A stretch of DNA of 64,000 nucleotides from Planctomycetota bacterium (GTDB lineage: Bacteria; Planctomycetota; UBA11346), in the NCBI GenBank assembly GCA_038231435.1, contig JBBRLJ010000019.1, positions 37,496 through 101,495 of the forward strand, read 5' to 3'. A program made the translations under genes and the position numbers. The notes under the pieces were generated by a model. That model was given only the letters and a program-made list of their open reading frames with translations. It was not told the DNA's origin and did not search any database. Each line of letters opens with the position of its first letter. Position 1 is the first letter of the stretch. Below, piece by piece: positions 1 to 9,744 of this stretch.

Positions 1-1
1 C

Positions 2-1585
2 GTCCGCGTCGAGATCGCGGATGCGACCATCACCCTGGCGGTCGACGGCAAGCAGATCTGCCGCTATGTGCACACCGAGCCGCTCACTGGAGGTTACCTC
101 GCCTTGTACGGTTACTATCCAGGCAAGGCCTTCGGTCACCTGCGCATCTACTCGCGCGGTGTTCCGCAGAAGGTCGCGACCACCGCCATCGGCGACGCCT
201 TTCTGCAGAAGGGCGAGTTCGCGAACGCCGAGGAGGCCTTCGCCAAGGTGGTCTCCTCGCAGCCCGGAACCGCGCTGGCGGACGAGGCGGCGTACAAGCA
301 GGGTTTCTGCAGATTCCGTTCAGGTCACCGCGATCAGGCCTTCGAGCTGTGGCGGGGCCTCGAGACATCGGCACGCTGGGGCGAGCTGATCGAGCTGCAC
401 CGCCTCGAAAACCTGTACCAGCAAGGCAGGCACGACGAGATGCTGCATGGGATGGAGGCGCTGTTCGCGGGATCCCGGGATCCCGAGACCCGGCCGCGCC
501 TGGGCATGCAGTGGTGCAACGACACCTACGACCTCATCGAACGCGCCGACGATGCGACGCTCGCCAAGTACCTCGCGTTCCACGACCGCGTCATCTCGGG
601 CGAACGCGCCACCGATCGCACCGCGGCCGATGCGCTGCTCGAGCTCGGCAGGTTCCAGGAGGTCCTCGACCGCTACCCTCGACAGGAGCGCGCCGGCGCG
701 CTCGCGCTGGTCTACCAGGGACATTCCGAGGCTGTTCCGACGCGCTTCCCGACCCAACGGCCGCTGGTGAGATGGGCGCTGTGGGAATCGGGGCGGAGTT
801 CGGAGCTCAAGGCATTCCTTGGCGACGTGCCGGAAAGCGCCCTGGCCGACGGACGAATCGCGCGTGGCGAGTTCGCGGACTACCTGACCGGCCCCGGAGC
901 CAAGCCGATGGCACTGTTCGCGGCGGGTAGGCCCGAGGTGGTCCTTGCGACCCAGCCGGACGACAGCTTCCTGCGCAACCAGTCGCTGATGTTCATGGAT
1001 CAGACCGATCGCATCCCCGAGGCGGACGCCACCAAGGATGGGATGGTGCTGATGGAGCTCGGACGTCTGGATGAGGCGCGCAAGCTCATGGAGATCGGCG
1101 ACGGCGGCGGGATCCTTCCGCGCATGCTCATGGGCCTCGAAGCCTATATCAGGGGCGACAAGGCCGCGGCCTGGCCCCTGATGGCGGTGCCCGCGAAGAT
1201 GGAATTCCAGCAGCCATCAACCGCGCGCGCCCACTTTCTGCTGACGCCATTCCTGGCCGAACTGGATGGCAGAGTGGATGCAATGAAGGCCAGCCGTGAC
1301 CATCTCGCCGAGCACCGCTTCTGCTTCGAGCAGCATCCGTGGCACCAGATCCGCTATGTCCTCGGCGAGATCGATGCCAAGGCCTTCCTGGAGCAGCCGC
1401 ACCGGATCTTCGCACCGGCCCAGCTGACGTTATGCGATGCGCTCCGGCTGGAGCGCGCGGGCGACCGCGCCAGCGCGCTCGAGAAGTATCTCGCCTATCA
1501 GCGGATCCCGAAATCGATGCGCTCCTACGTCTCGGATCCCTTCGGCGAACGCTTCGTGCGCTGGAGGATCGATCAGCTGCGCTGA
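2..1585 (+). CDS. 5'-truncated large protein with TPR-like helical repeats (C-terminal part of a gene beginning upstream of the window)
   Basis: The frame is open from base 2 (VRVEIADATITLAVDGKQICRY...). TPR-like segment IGDAFLQKGEFANAEEAFAKVVSSQPGTALADEAAYKQGFC. Codon pattern fits a real gene. Confidence 0.75.
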   Translation, partial: VRVEIADATITLAVDGKQICRYVHTEPLTGGYLALYGYYPGKAFGHLRIYSRGVPQKVATTAIGDAFLQKGEFANAEEAFAKVVSSQPGTALADEAAYKQGFCRFRSGHRDQAFELWRGLETSARWGELIELHRLENLYQQGRHDEMLHGMEALFAGSRDPETRPRLGMQWCNDTYDLIERADDATLAKYLAFHDRVISGERATDRTAADALLELGRFQEVLDRYPRQERAGALALVYQGHSEAVPTRFPTQRPLVRWALWESGRSSELKAFLGDVPESALADGRIARGEFADYLTGPGAKPMALFAAGRPEVVLATQPDDSFLRNQSLMFMDQTDRIPEADATKDGMVLMELGRLDEARKLMEIGDGGGILPRMLMGLEAYIRGDKAAAWPLMAVPAKMEFQQPSTARAHFLLTPFLAELDGRVDAMKASRDHLAEHRFCFEQHPWHQIRYVLGEIDAKAFLEQPHRIFAPAQLTLCDALRLERAGDRASALEKYLAYQRIPKSMRSYVSDPFGERFVRWRIDQLR

Positions 1586-1604
1586 CTCACGCGCTCGAGA
1601 CCGA

Positions 1605-1796
1605 TCAGCGTTCGCCCCGGGGGTCGTCGTCGCTGTCGTCGGTCTGCTCCTTGTCGTTCTCCTCGATGCCCTCTTCCATGTCGGCGTTCTCGTCCTGCAC
1701 GACTTCGATGAACTCGGTCAGCGCGTCGACGATGGCCTCGTTGGTCTTGAAGCCCTCGGCCTTCAATAATTTGATGATGTCCTTGTCGATGGCCAT
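1605..1796 (-). CDS. 63-aa very acidic hypothetical protein
   Basis: MAIDKDIIKLLKAEGF...EEGIEENDKEQTDDSDDDPRGER, with a GAGG RBS upstream of ATG 1796 and GC-rich third positions. Confidence 0.75.
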   Translation of the reverse strand: MAIDKDIIKLLKAEGFKTNEAIVDALTEFIEVVQDENADMEEGIEENDKEQTDDSDDDPRGER

Positions 1797-2287
1797 GACG
1801 GATACCTCGTTCGCGGTGGTGGAAGTCGACTGACGATGTGTGCTGGCGCCCGAAACGCCAGAGCGACGCTCAACCGGCCGGAGCGACCGGTACACGCACG
1901 CGACCGGTCGGCATCCGGTAGGATGTCCCGAGGCTCATCCAGCCCCGTCGCCAGAGGACGTACGGACTATCCTCGAGGGCGCTTTCCGGATAGGGGTTCT
2001 CGGACAGCTTCCCGCCCCGCCGGCGGTGGCGCATGCCCTGGTCGCTGGGTGACATGTCGGTGCCCTCGGCGCCGCCACTATGGATAGGCGCGCCTCCCAC
2101 AGGGGCCACAAACCGGCGTCGGCTGTACACGACTCCCCTCTGCTGGCGTACCCACGGGCTTAGTCGCGGCTCGGGCGTCAGCGAGGCCAACGAGCATGCG
2201 GTGGACGGGCTGCGCCCATGGTATCCACCGAGTGCCGCTCAGCGCCCGGGAGAGTGGGAGTTTGGCGTCGTACGAATGCGGTGCAGG

Positions 2288-4864
2288 TCAGGGGGATTTG
2301 GTGATCACGTAGACGGGCTCCTGGTTCACGGTGACCGTGGCACCGGCGACCGTCATGGGGCTGCCGAGGGCGTCGAGGACCTCAGCGCCGGCGGGCACCG
2401 GCAGGCGATGGTCCTGGCCGTCGTTGGCCCACCACACGCCGACACGCGTGCGGCCCTCGGCGGGGAAGGCGTAGCAGTCGACGCCTGGTTCGGGCTCGCT
2501 GCGCACCGGAGTGCCGACGCCGTCGATCAGCGCGGCCAGCATCGAGCGCGCCGCCACCACCGGCTTGATCGCGCGGTCGTGTTCGTCGTCGCGGCATTCG
2601 ATCTCGCCCATCGCGCCATCGGTGTGGATCCCGTACATCACATAGGCCTTCACACCGGCGGCGAGCATGGTGACGTCATAACGGATCGCGAAGGCGACCT
2701 GGCCGCGCGGCGTCATGCCGCCGGTGGCCGAGACGTACCAGCTGCCGCAGCCGAACAGACCGCCCTCGGTGTTCCACTGCGGCTTGGGCGTTCCGAACTT
2801 GGCCTGGGACGCGGCGAAGCCGTCCACCTGGCGCTGAGCGAAGCTCGGCGAGCCGCCGTACAAGGCGTCGTTGTAGTCGTGGAACGAGAAGGCGTCGAAG
2901 CAGTCGGTGCCCGAGGCCTTGAGCACCAGCTCGGTCCAGGCCGCGCCGCGGTAGGTGTCGACACCGATGACCGTGACCTCGGGATTGGCCTTCTTGGCCT
3001 CACTGTATGCAGCCTTCATCAGGTCGGCATAGAGCTCGGGCGTGCCGCCCGCGCCGAGCCACCACTCGCCCCACGGTTCGTTCCAGATTTCCCAATGGTC
3101 GATCTTGCCGCGGTAGTGCGTGGTGACGGCGCGCACGTAGCCGCGCCACTCGTCCATGGCGCCGGGGAGATCGGGGATGTGCCAGATGCCCCAGTAGCCG
3201 CCCTCGCGTTTGCGGCTGGCGGTGCGCGCGGGCGCGCCGTCGTACATGCCGATGATGCCCAGTCCGGCGGCGTGCGCCGCGTCGACCTGGCGGTCGAAGA
3301 AATTCCAGGTGCCCGGTGCCACCTCGGCCACCGGCCATTTGCCGATCATGCAGGTATCGTGGAAGCGGATCCAGCGCATGCCGGCCGCGCGGGCCATGGC
3401 GATATAGTCGGGCGTGAGTGGGATGTGCAGGCCGAAGTACGATTTCTCGGGTGCGATGTCGCGCGACGGCGGCAGGCGCGACCAGATCAGCTCGGTCGGC
3501 TGCGACAGCGCCTTGCCGGCCGCGTCGCGGACCACCGCGCGCAGCTTGAACATGCCGTGCGGGCGGTTCGGCAGCTCGGGCAGCGCGACATGGTCTGCGG
3601 GCAGGGACAAGGCTGGCAACTTGGTGGTGCCGCCGAGCAGATCCTCGACGCTGAGCTCCAAGGTCGAACCGGTGGGCGGCGCTGGCGCCAGCGCCAGCCG
3701 CGCGGAACCGTGCTTGCCGTCGTGGAGGATGTGGCCAGGCAAGTCGAGATCGAGCGCGACCTCGGTCGGCGCTCCGGCGAGGTAGTCGACGGATGGCTCG
3801 GCCCGTTCCTCGACCATCGCTCCGTCCACCCACAGGCTGATCGCCTTGGTGGCATGGGGCTGGGCCGAGACGCGCAGCCGCGACCAGTCGATGAATGGGA
3901 TCTTGCCGCTGACCACGCAGCGCTGCCACTCGGTGCCCACGCGGACGTCGCTAGTGATCTGGGTGTTGTCGAAGGCGATCCGCACCGGCGTATCCGCTTC
4001 GCTCGACTTCAGCCACACGCTGCCGACGTGGACGCGATCGCCATTGGGGATGAACACCGGTGAGTGCGTCTCGTTGTTGCTGCCAGCGGCCTGCAGATCG
4101 ATGCGCAGGCTGCGGGACCCGACCTGGCCGATCTCATCGATGCGCTGATGCACGTCGCCCCACACCCAGTCCGGATCGCCGGTCTGGCGCGTGGTCCAGC
4201 CGAAGGGCGGACGATCGGTCTCGAACGAACCGCCGACGATGAGATTGCCGACCTTGGCGGGAGCGTTGCCGGCGACAGACGCGAGATCCTCGAGCTTGGC
4301 ATCATCGACGTCGAAGCTCATCGGTTCGCCGGCGCGGATCATCAGGAACCCGGCCTCGTCCTTCTGCGGCACGCCGCGAACGCTGAACTCGCGCCATTCC
4401 GGCGATAACGATGCCGAAGCAGATGCATAGGTTGTCCACGGAGCATCGGCCTGGCGCAGCATGAGGCCGACGGACTGACCGGGGCGGCCGCGCAGCCACA
4501 CCGAGAAGCGCACACCCACGCCAGCCTTGAAACGCACCGGGTGGATGAACTGGACGCCGCCGCTGGCGAAACGCGTGACGTGCACCCGCTGCGCCGCCTT
4601 GCCGCCGTGCGGATCGGTCTTCTCCGACGAGTAGTCGATGTCGACATCCGCCCACGACGAATTGTCGTCCCAGCCTTCGCCGATCGCGCCGGTGATGCGC
4701 GAACCGGACGCATTCGGTTTTCCGGCGTTCGGGGCCGGGGTGAACGCGCCCTCGAAGTCCGCGTTGGCGAGTGCGGAACCATCCGCTGCGATCGCTGCGG
4801 AGGCCGATGATACGGCCAGGCAGCAGGAGAGCATCATCACAAGGATCACGAGGGCGCTACGCAT
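2288..4864 (-). CDS. Secreted clan GH-A glycoside hydrolase (GH39/GH5-like) with two N-terminal CBM4/9-like domains
   Basis: Signal peptide; two 'N/G-x-x-FE' jelly-roll starts; acid/base motif HWEIWNEP; nucleophile motif PQWNTEGG. Confidence 0.8.
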   Translation of the reverse strand: MRSALVILVMMLSCCLAVSSASAAIAADGSALANADFEGAFTPAPNAGKPNASGSRITGAIGEGWDDNSSWADVDIDYSSEKTDPHGGKAAQRVHVTRFASGGVQFIHPVRFKAGVGVRFSVWLRGRPGQSVGLMLRQADAPWTTYASASASLSPEWREFSVRGVPQKDEAGFLMIRAGEPMSFDVDDAKLEDLASVAGNAPAKVGNLIVGGSFETDRPPFGWTTRQTGDPDWVWGDVHQRIDEIGQVGSRSLRIDLQAAGSNNETHSPVFIPNGDRVHVGSVWLKSSEADTPVRIAFDNTQITSDVRVGTEWQRCVVSGKIPFIDWSRLRVSAQPHATKAISLWVDGAMVEERAEPSVDYLAGAPTEVALDLDLPGHILHDGKHGSARLALAPAPPTGSTLELSVEDLLGGTTKLPALSLPADHVALPELPNRPHGMFKLRAVVRDAAGKALSQPTELIWSRLPPSRDIAPEKSYFGLHIPLTPDYIAMARAAGMRWIRFHDTCMIGKWPVAEVAPGTWNFFDRQVDAAHAAGLGIIGMYDGAPARTASRKREGGYWGIWHIPDLPGAMDEWRGYVRAVTTHYRGKIDHWEIWNEPWGEWWLGAGGTPELYADLMKAAYSEAKKANPEVTVIGVDTYRGAAWTELVLKASGTDCFDAFSFHDYNDALYGGSPSFAQRQVDGFAASQAKFGTPKPQWNTEGGLFGCGSWYVSATGGMTPRGQVAFAIRYDVTMLAAGVKAYVMYGIHTDGAMGEIECRDDEHDRAIKPVVAARSMLAALIDGVGTPVRSEPEPGVDCYAFPAEGRTRVGVWWANDGQDHRLPVPAGAEVLDALGSPMTVAGATVTVNQEPVYVITKSP

Positions 4865-4918
4865 GTGGACCATCCTGATTGGTTTTACGAAATATCTCGG
4901 CTGGAGATTAAACGATGC

Positions 4919-5524
4919 CTAGGGGGCCTTTGTGACATCGACCACCGAGACGTCGTCGATCAGGGCCTCGGCGACCGCGGTCATCCTGAACATCACGAAG
5001 CCCTCGCCATCCTCCTCCACCCTGCCGGTCATCTTGGACTCGCGCCAGTCCGAACCCAACGTTGCGGTAGTCGAGACGAAGGTGGTGTACGGTGCATCGC
5101 GCTTGCGCAGGACGATCTCGACGGGCGTCGACAGGGTGCCACGCAGCCACGCCGAGAAGGCGTAAGTGTGGCCCTTCTTGAAGGTGAACTTCTGGGCGAA
5201 CTGCACCGCGCCCGAGCCAAAGGACTTCACCTCGATGCGCTGCGCCGAGGCGCCGCCGTGCTTCTCGGACTTCTCCTGCGAGTACACCACCTTGATGTCG
5301 GCCCAGTTGGAATTGTCGAGCCAGCCATCGCCGATCTTGCCGCTCACCTTGGGCGTGCCGTCAGCGGCCTTGGCCGGTTCGGTGAGGTCGATGAAGCCAC
5401 TGTCGAAGGAGCCATTGGTCATCAGGTTGGCGTCGGCGGCGCGCAGCGGCACCGCCATGGCCATGGCGGCGATGCACATGGTGGACAGAAGGCAGAGGCA
5501 GGCTCGGCAGACGGATGCGTTCAT
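4919..5524 (-). CDS. Secreted stand-alone carbohydrate-binding (CBM4/9-like) protein
   Basis: Signal peptide followed by NLMTNGSFD...IDDVSV; clearly paralogous to the first domain of the downstream hydrolase; GAGG upstream of ATG 5524. Confidence 0.8.
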   Translation of the reverse strand: MNASVCRACLCLLSTMCIAAMAMAVPLRAADANLMTNGSFDSGFIDLTEPAKAADGTPKVSGKIGDGWLDNSNWADIKVVYSQEKSEKHGGASAQRIEVKSFGSGAVQFAQKFTFKKGHTYAFSAWLRGTLSTPVEIVLRKRDAPYTTFVSTTATLGSDWRESKMTGRVEEDGEGFVMFRMTAVAEALIDDVSVVDVTKAP

Positions 5525-5568
5525 GGGGTTCCTCGTGTGGAAGTGGTTGTCATGGGTGGATAGACGAT

Positions 5569-6999
5569 TCAGTTCTGGGTGATGACCGAGCCTGCCCCGG
5601 CATAGAGGTCGAGCGCGCTCTCGAGTTCGACCTTCACCACCGCGCAGGTGCGGTCGAGGCCGCGCGCGGGAACGTCGATCGAGATCGGACTCGGCACGCC
5701 ATGGACGGCGGGCGGGCCCTGGGTGAAGCGCAGCGGCCGCCCGGGGTGGCTTCCATTCTCTGCGCCGAGGATGCTCGCGCGCCGGACCCGGCTCATGATG
5801 CCCTTCACCACCACGCCGTGGCGTGGCGCATCGAACAGGAACAGGTACAGCGTGCGCCGGTCGGCGCTGAGCGTGGATGGGCCGTAATGGTAGCCGGGCG
5901 GCAGGCCCGCGACGGTGCCGAAGATGGCTTCGCCATGTCGGCGGTTCCAGGCGCCGAGGGCGCGCAGGCGCGTCGCGGCCTCTTTCGGGATGGTGCCGTC
6001 CGGACGCGGCCCGAAGCCGAGCAGCAGATTGCCACCCATGGAGACGGTCTCGACGAACAACCGGATGATGCGCTCGATGGATTTGTATGTGGTATCCGAC
6101 GGGCGGTAACCCCACGAATCGTTCATGGTGACGCTGTATTCCCAGCGTCCCGGCGGGGGAACCAGCGGCTGGCCCTGCTCCGGAGTCTCGAAGTCGCCGT
6201 AGCCTTTCATGCGCGAGTTCAGCAGCACGCCCGGCGACCAGCGCCGCAATTGCGAACGCAGTTCGCGCATGCGCCACATCGATTCGGTCCGGTCCCAGTC
6301 GCCATCGAACCACAGCAGGTCTGGAAGATAGCCGGTGCACAGCTCCTTCAGCTGGGCGCGGTGGAAGCGCAGGAATCGCTCCCAGCGCTTGGGCTCCGCC
6401 GCCTGGTCCCCTTGCGGATAGACCCAGCGCTTCGAGCGCCAGGGTTCCTCGGGAAACGGCTCGTTGAACATGGTCGCGTAGTCGGGATGCGACCAGTCGA
6501 GGTGCGAGAAGTACAGCCCCACCTTCAAGCCGCGCTTGCGCATCGCCTGGCAGTAGGGCCCGATGAGGTCGCGCGCCGCCGGTGTGCGCGACACCACGTT
6601 GAGATCGCTGTGCTTGGTATCCCACAGCGCCACGCCGTCGTGGTGCTTGGTGGTCAGCACCGCATAGCGCGCTCCGGCCTCCTGGAACAGCTCCGCCCAG
6701 GCGTCGGGATCGTAGCGGCTGGCGGTGAAGCCCGCGAGCTGCGCCATGTAGGCGTCGTACGACATCTCACCGTTGAAGAACGGCCAGCTCTCGACGGTGC
6801 CCTGGACCGAGTAGACGCCCCAGTGCAGGAAGACGCCGAGCTTGGCGTCGTCGAACCACGCCTGCGGATCCTCGCCCGCCTGCGACGACGCCACGGCCTC
6901 CGTGGCGTCGGCGGCGTCAGCAGAAACCCCGCTCGCGCGGGGCCTCCCGCGTAATCGGGCAGCGGCGGGGATCGGCCGAGGCTTGCTGGAGGTGCTCAC
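5569..6999 (-). CDS. Alpha-L-fucosidase, GH29
   Basis: WFDDAKLGVFLHWGVYS, LTTKHHDG, LLWFDG; GTG start with AGGAG RBS. Confidence 0.92.
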   Translation of the reverse strand: MSTSSKPRPIPAAARLRGRPRASGVSADAADATEAVASSQAGEDPQAWFDDAKLGVFLHWGVYSVQGTVESWPFFNGEMSYDAYMAQLAGFTASRYDPDAWAELFQEAGARYAVLTTKHHDGVALWDTKHSDLNVVSRTPAARDLIGPYCQAMRKRGLKVGLYFSHLDWSHPDYATMFNEPFPEEPWRSKRWVYPQGDQAAEPKRWERFLRFHRAQLKELCTGYLPDLLWFDGDWDRTESMWRMRELRSQLRRWSPGVLLNSRMKGYGDFETPEQGQPLVPPPGRWEYSVTMNDSWGYRPSDTTYKSIERIIRLFVETVSMGGNLLLGFGPRPDGTIPKEAATRLRALGAWNRRHGEAIFGTVAGLPPGYHYGPSTLSADRRTLYLFLFDAPRHGVVVKGIMSRVRRASILGAENGSHPGRPLRFTQGPPAVHGVPSPISIDVPARGLDRTCAVVKVELESALDLYAGAGSVITQN

Positions 7000-7013
7000 G
7001 CTGGGGCTCCTGC

Positions 7014-8648
7014 TCACGGGGTGACGACAACGGTGACGATCTCGAGCGGACGCAGCACCAGGGCGAGGCGGCCCTCGCGCACCTGCACGACCTCGTCGAT
7101 GGCGGTGGCGAGATCGGCATCGCGCCGACACACGCGCGCGACACCCTCCAGCACCGGGAGCCGCCACACCACGCGCAGGGTCTCCGCCGGCAGTCCGGCA
7201 TTCTCGAGTTCGAAATTTCCCTTCGCGTCAGCCGCGGGAAAGCTGGCGGAGGTGAAGTTCACCGCCGCCAGCGCCAGACCGCCATCCGGACGCCGCGCCG
7301 CCACCGCCTGCAGCGGCGGCTTGCGGCCATAGGTCCAGGCTTCGAGGGTGGGCGAGCCGATGGTCGCGAGCACCCGGCTGCCGGGCGGGAATGCGGCGCA
7401 GAGATCCTTCAGCGGATGGAATTTCCCGAGCTTCTCGACCGTCACCGGCGCGCGCTCCTGGAAGACGCGGATCAGGCGGGTCTGGTCATCGTTCGCGTCG
7501 TGGCCTTCGTAGGCGAGGAACCACAGCCAATGCGTGCAGCCGTTGCGCAGATCATTGGCGATGCGCGCGGCCATCGACGCCGCGGCGACGCGGTCGTTGG
7601 GCTGCTCGGCGCCGTTGGCGCTCGCCTCGGTCATCCACAGGTCCTTCCCCGCGGGCAGCATCTGCTCGCTCACGCCGGGCCGCATCGCCATGTTGTAGCT
7701 GTGCCAGGCGATGCCCGATAGGGCGGCCCAGGCCTCGGGGTCGGCGCGCAACGCCGCTACGCGTTCATCGAAGGTCCAATCGACGCTCGAGGTCTCGGGC
7801 GCGATGATCGCCACCTCGCCCAGCGTGCGTTCGTCGAGGGCGCGGCGCAGGGCCTTCACCGCCAGCGGTGTCTGCGCGGTGGCGATGAAGCCGCTGAACC
7901 CGCTGTCCTGGTTCGGCTCGTTCATGATGCCGGTGGCGGTGATCGCTATGCCGTGACTTTTTTTGATGCGGGCGATGGCCTCGGCCACCGCGCCCATCAT
8001 CGCCACCACGCCGGCGTCCGAGATCACGCGCGATTCGGCGTGGCCAGAGCCCTGGACCGGAATGGGCTCGGGCTTGGCCAGGCGCAGGTGGGCGGGCATG
8101 CACGCCGGCACCAGCTGGATGGCCGTGCAGCCGGCAGCGACCGCCTCGTCGATGACGTGCGAATCGATGTAGCGCGTCGTGAAGTCGCCGAGGTCGAGCG
8201 TGCCATCGGGCTTCATCGCATCCTGCATGAACAGCCAGACGCGCAGGATGCGCAGCCCGCCATCGCCCCAGGTCTCGCGAGCGAGCTCGCGGTGCAGTCC
8301 GGCGGGAGCGGTGCGCGTCCATTGGTTGCAATCGAAGGCGGAGGTTCCGAAACCATGGAAGGTCTGACGATCTCCGCCGACCTCGACCGTGCAGGTCCGC
8401 GCCGCCGGGTCATCGGCGACGACCCGATGCCATGCCAGAGCCGCGGACTTGGTGGGGGTAGCGTCTGGCACTGCGGCGAGGGTTGTGGACGTGGCTTCGG
8501 GTGCGGCCGGAGAGTCCGAGCTGGCAGCGGCGACCGGGGCAGGCGCCGCTGTCCCAGCGTCCTCGGGGCCTCGGGCGCACGCGGAAAGGAATGCGACCAG
8601 CGCCGCGGCGAGGATCAATGCCACGAAGCAGGCGGTGGGATGGTTCAT
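7014..8648 (-). CDS. GH30-like glycoside hydrolase, probable lipoprotein
   Basis: Lipobox-like FLSAC; QTFHGFG, IMNEP and LWMTEAS clan GH-A motifs. Confidence 0.75.
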   Translation of the reverse strand: MNHPTACFVALILAAALVAFLSACARGPEDAGTAAPAPVAAASSDSPAAPEATSTTLAAVPDATPTKSAALAWHRVVADDPAARTCTVEVGGDRQTFHGFGTSAFDCNQWTRTAPAGLHRELARETWGDGGLRILRVWLFMQDAMKPDGTLDLGDFTTRYIDSHVIDEAVAAGCTAIQLVPACMPAHLRLAKPEPIPVQGSGHAESRVISDAGVVAMMGAVAEAIARIKKSHGIAITATGIMNEPNQDSGFSGFIATAQTPLAVKALRRALDERTLGEVAIIAPETSSVDWTFDERVAALRADPEAWAALSGIAWHSYNMAMRPGVSEQMLPAGKDLWMTEASANGAEQPNDRVAAASMAARIANDLRNGCTHWLWFLAYEGHDANDDQTRLIRVFQERAPVTVEKLGKFHPLKDLCAAFPPGSRVLATIGSPTLEAWTYGRKPPLQAVAARRPDGGLALAAVNFTSASFPAADAKGNFELENAGLPAETLRVVWRLPVLEGVARVCRRDADLATAIDEVVQVREGRLALVLRPLEIVTVVVTP

Positions 8649-8696
8649 GCGGGCTCCCGGTTGTCGTGCTGGCCGGACCGAGATGGCCGTGGCCGC

Positions 8697-8723
8697 TTGC
8701 ATAGTGCCAAATGCATTTATCAT
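8697..8723. promoter_or_regulatory. Divergent promoter region with perfect palindrome AAATGCATTT (8709-8718), candidate LacI-family operator
   Basis: AT-rich island between the divergent GH30-like and LacI genes; TTGCAT and TATCAT hexamers flank the palindrome. Confidence 0.5.
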
Positions 8724-8727
8724 CGGC

Positions 8728-9744
8728 ATGATGGTCACTTCCGACGATCTTGTCAATGACCTCGGCCTGTCCCGTACCGCCATCAGCCAGATCATCAACG
8801 GCAAGGGCCGCTACCCCGAATCGACGCGCCAGCGCGTGCTCGCTCGGGCGCGCGAATTGGGGTACACTCCCCATGCCGGAGCCCGCGCAGCTCGGCTCAA
8901 GCGCTTCGAGACGCTCACGCTCTTCAATGCCGCCCCCTTCTGGCAAGGGATCCCCCATCCTGGTTTGTACGAGGGCTGCATGCTCGGTTGCGCGGAGATC
9001 GGATACCGGCTGCTGCTCGAGACCGTGACCGCTGATGGCATGCCCGGACTCGCCCAGCGCTCAAACCTGCTGGGCCAGCGGAACTGCGACGGACTGCTGA
9101 TGAACTACCATCTGCCCCCGCCCACCGACCTGCGGCGCCTGGTGGACGCCTGCGGCGTCCCGGTCCTGTGGCTCAACGTGCAGCTCGATGAAGCCTGCAT
9201 CCATCCAGATGATCACCGCGCCGCGCAGGATCTCACCCGCGCGCTGCTTGCACGCGGGCGCAAGCGCATCGCCTATGTCGACACCAGCCACGACTACCGC
9301 ACCCCAGGTGGCCTCGACGGTGCCCACTACAGCGTCGCGGCGCGCTGGAATGGTGTGCGCGAGGCTGTTGCCGCGGCCGGCTTGGAGCTGCGCCAGCTGA
9401 CGCCGGGGCCGATGTCGTCGTTCGAGGCGCGCATGGACGCCGCGCGCGCGTTCCTCGCCATGCCGGATCGCCCTGATGCCGTGGTCTGCTACAACGAGCT
9501 GGACGCCCAACTCATGTTGCTCGCCGCAACCGAAGCGGGCCTGCGGCCCGGATCCGATCTCGGCATCGCCCAGTTCAGCGAGAATCCCAGCATCATGAAA
9601 CGTCCGGTGGCGACGGCGGTGATCCCATTCCGCGACTTGGCGATCACCGCGGTGCGCAGCCTCGTCGAGGCGGTGAACACCGGCATCAAGCGGCTCCCGA
9701 ACCGCATCGTTCCGTTCACCTACACTCTGGAAGGGACCCTATGA
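8728..9744 (+). CDS. LacI-family transcriptional regulator
   Basis: N-terminal HTH (DLGLSRTAISQIING...STRQRVLARARELGYTP) and a sugar-binding domain (RPDAVVCYNE). Confidence 0.9.
   Translation: MMVTSDDLVNDLGLSRTAISQIINGKGRYPESTRQRVLARARELGYTPHAGARAARLKRFETLTLFNAAPFWQGIPHPGLYEGCMLGCAEIGYRLLLETVTADGMPGLAQRSNLLGQRNCDGLLMNYHLPPPTDLRRLVDACGVPVLWLNVQLDEACIHPDDHRAAQDLTRALLARGRKRIAYVDTSHDYRTPGGLDGAHYSVAARWNGVREAVAAAGLELRQLTPGPMSSFEARMDAARAFLAMPDRPDAVVCYNELDAQLMLLAATEAGLRPGSDLGIAQFSENPSIMKRPVATAVIPFRDLAITAVRSLVEAVNTGIKRLPNRIVPFTYTLEGTL

Noticed and set aside
1605..1796. Pup/UBact-like ubiquitin analogue
   Set aside because: It is small and acidic, but ends PRGER rather than GGE/GGQ or R[ST]G[EQ], and no PafA/Dop/proteasome genes are nearby.
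1797..2287. Riboswitch or known ncRNA in long intergenic regions (also 45314-45742 and 30962-31102)
   Set aside because: Only generic GC hairpins were seen, with no consensus I can recognise; an Rfam scan is needed.
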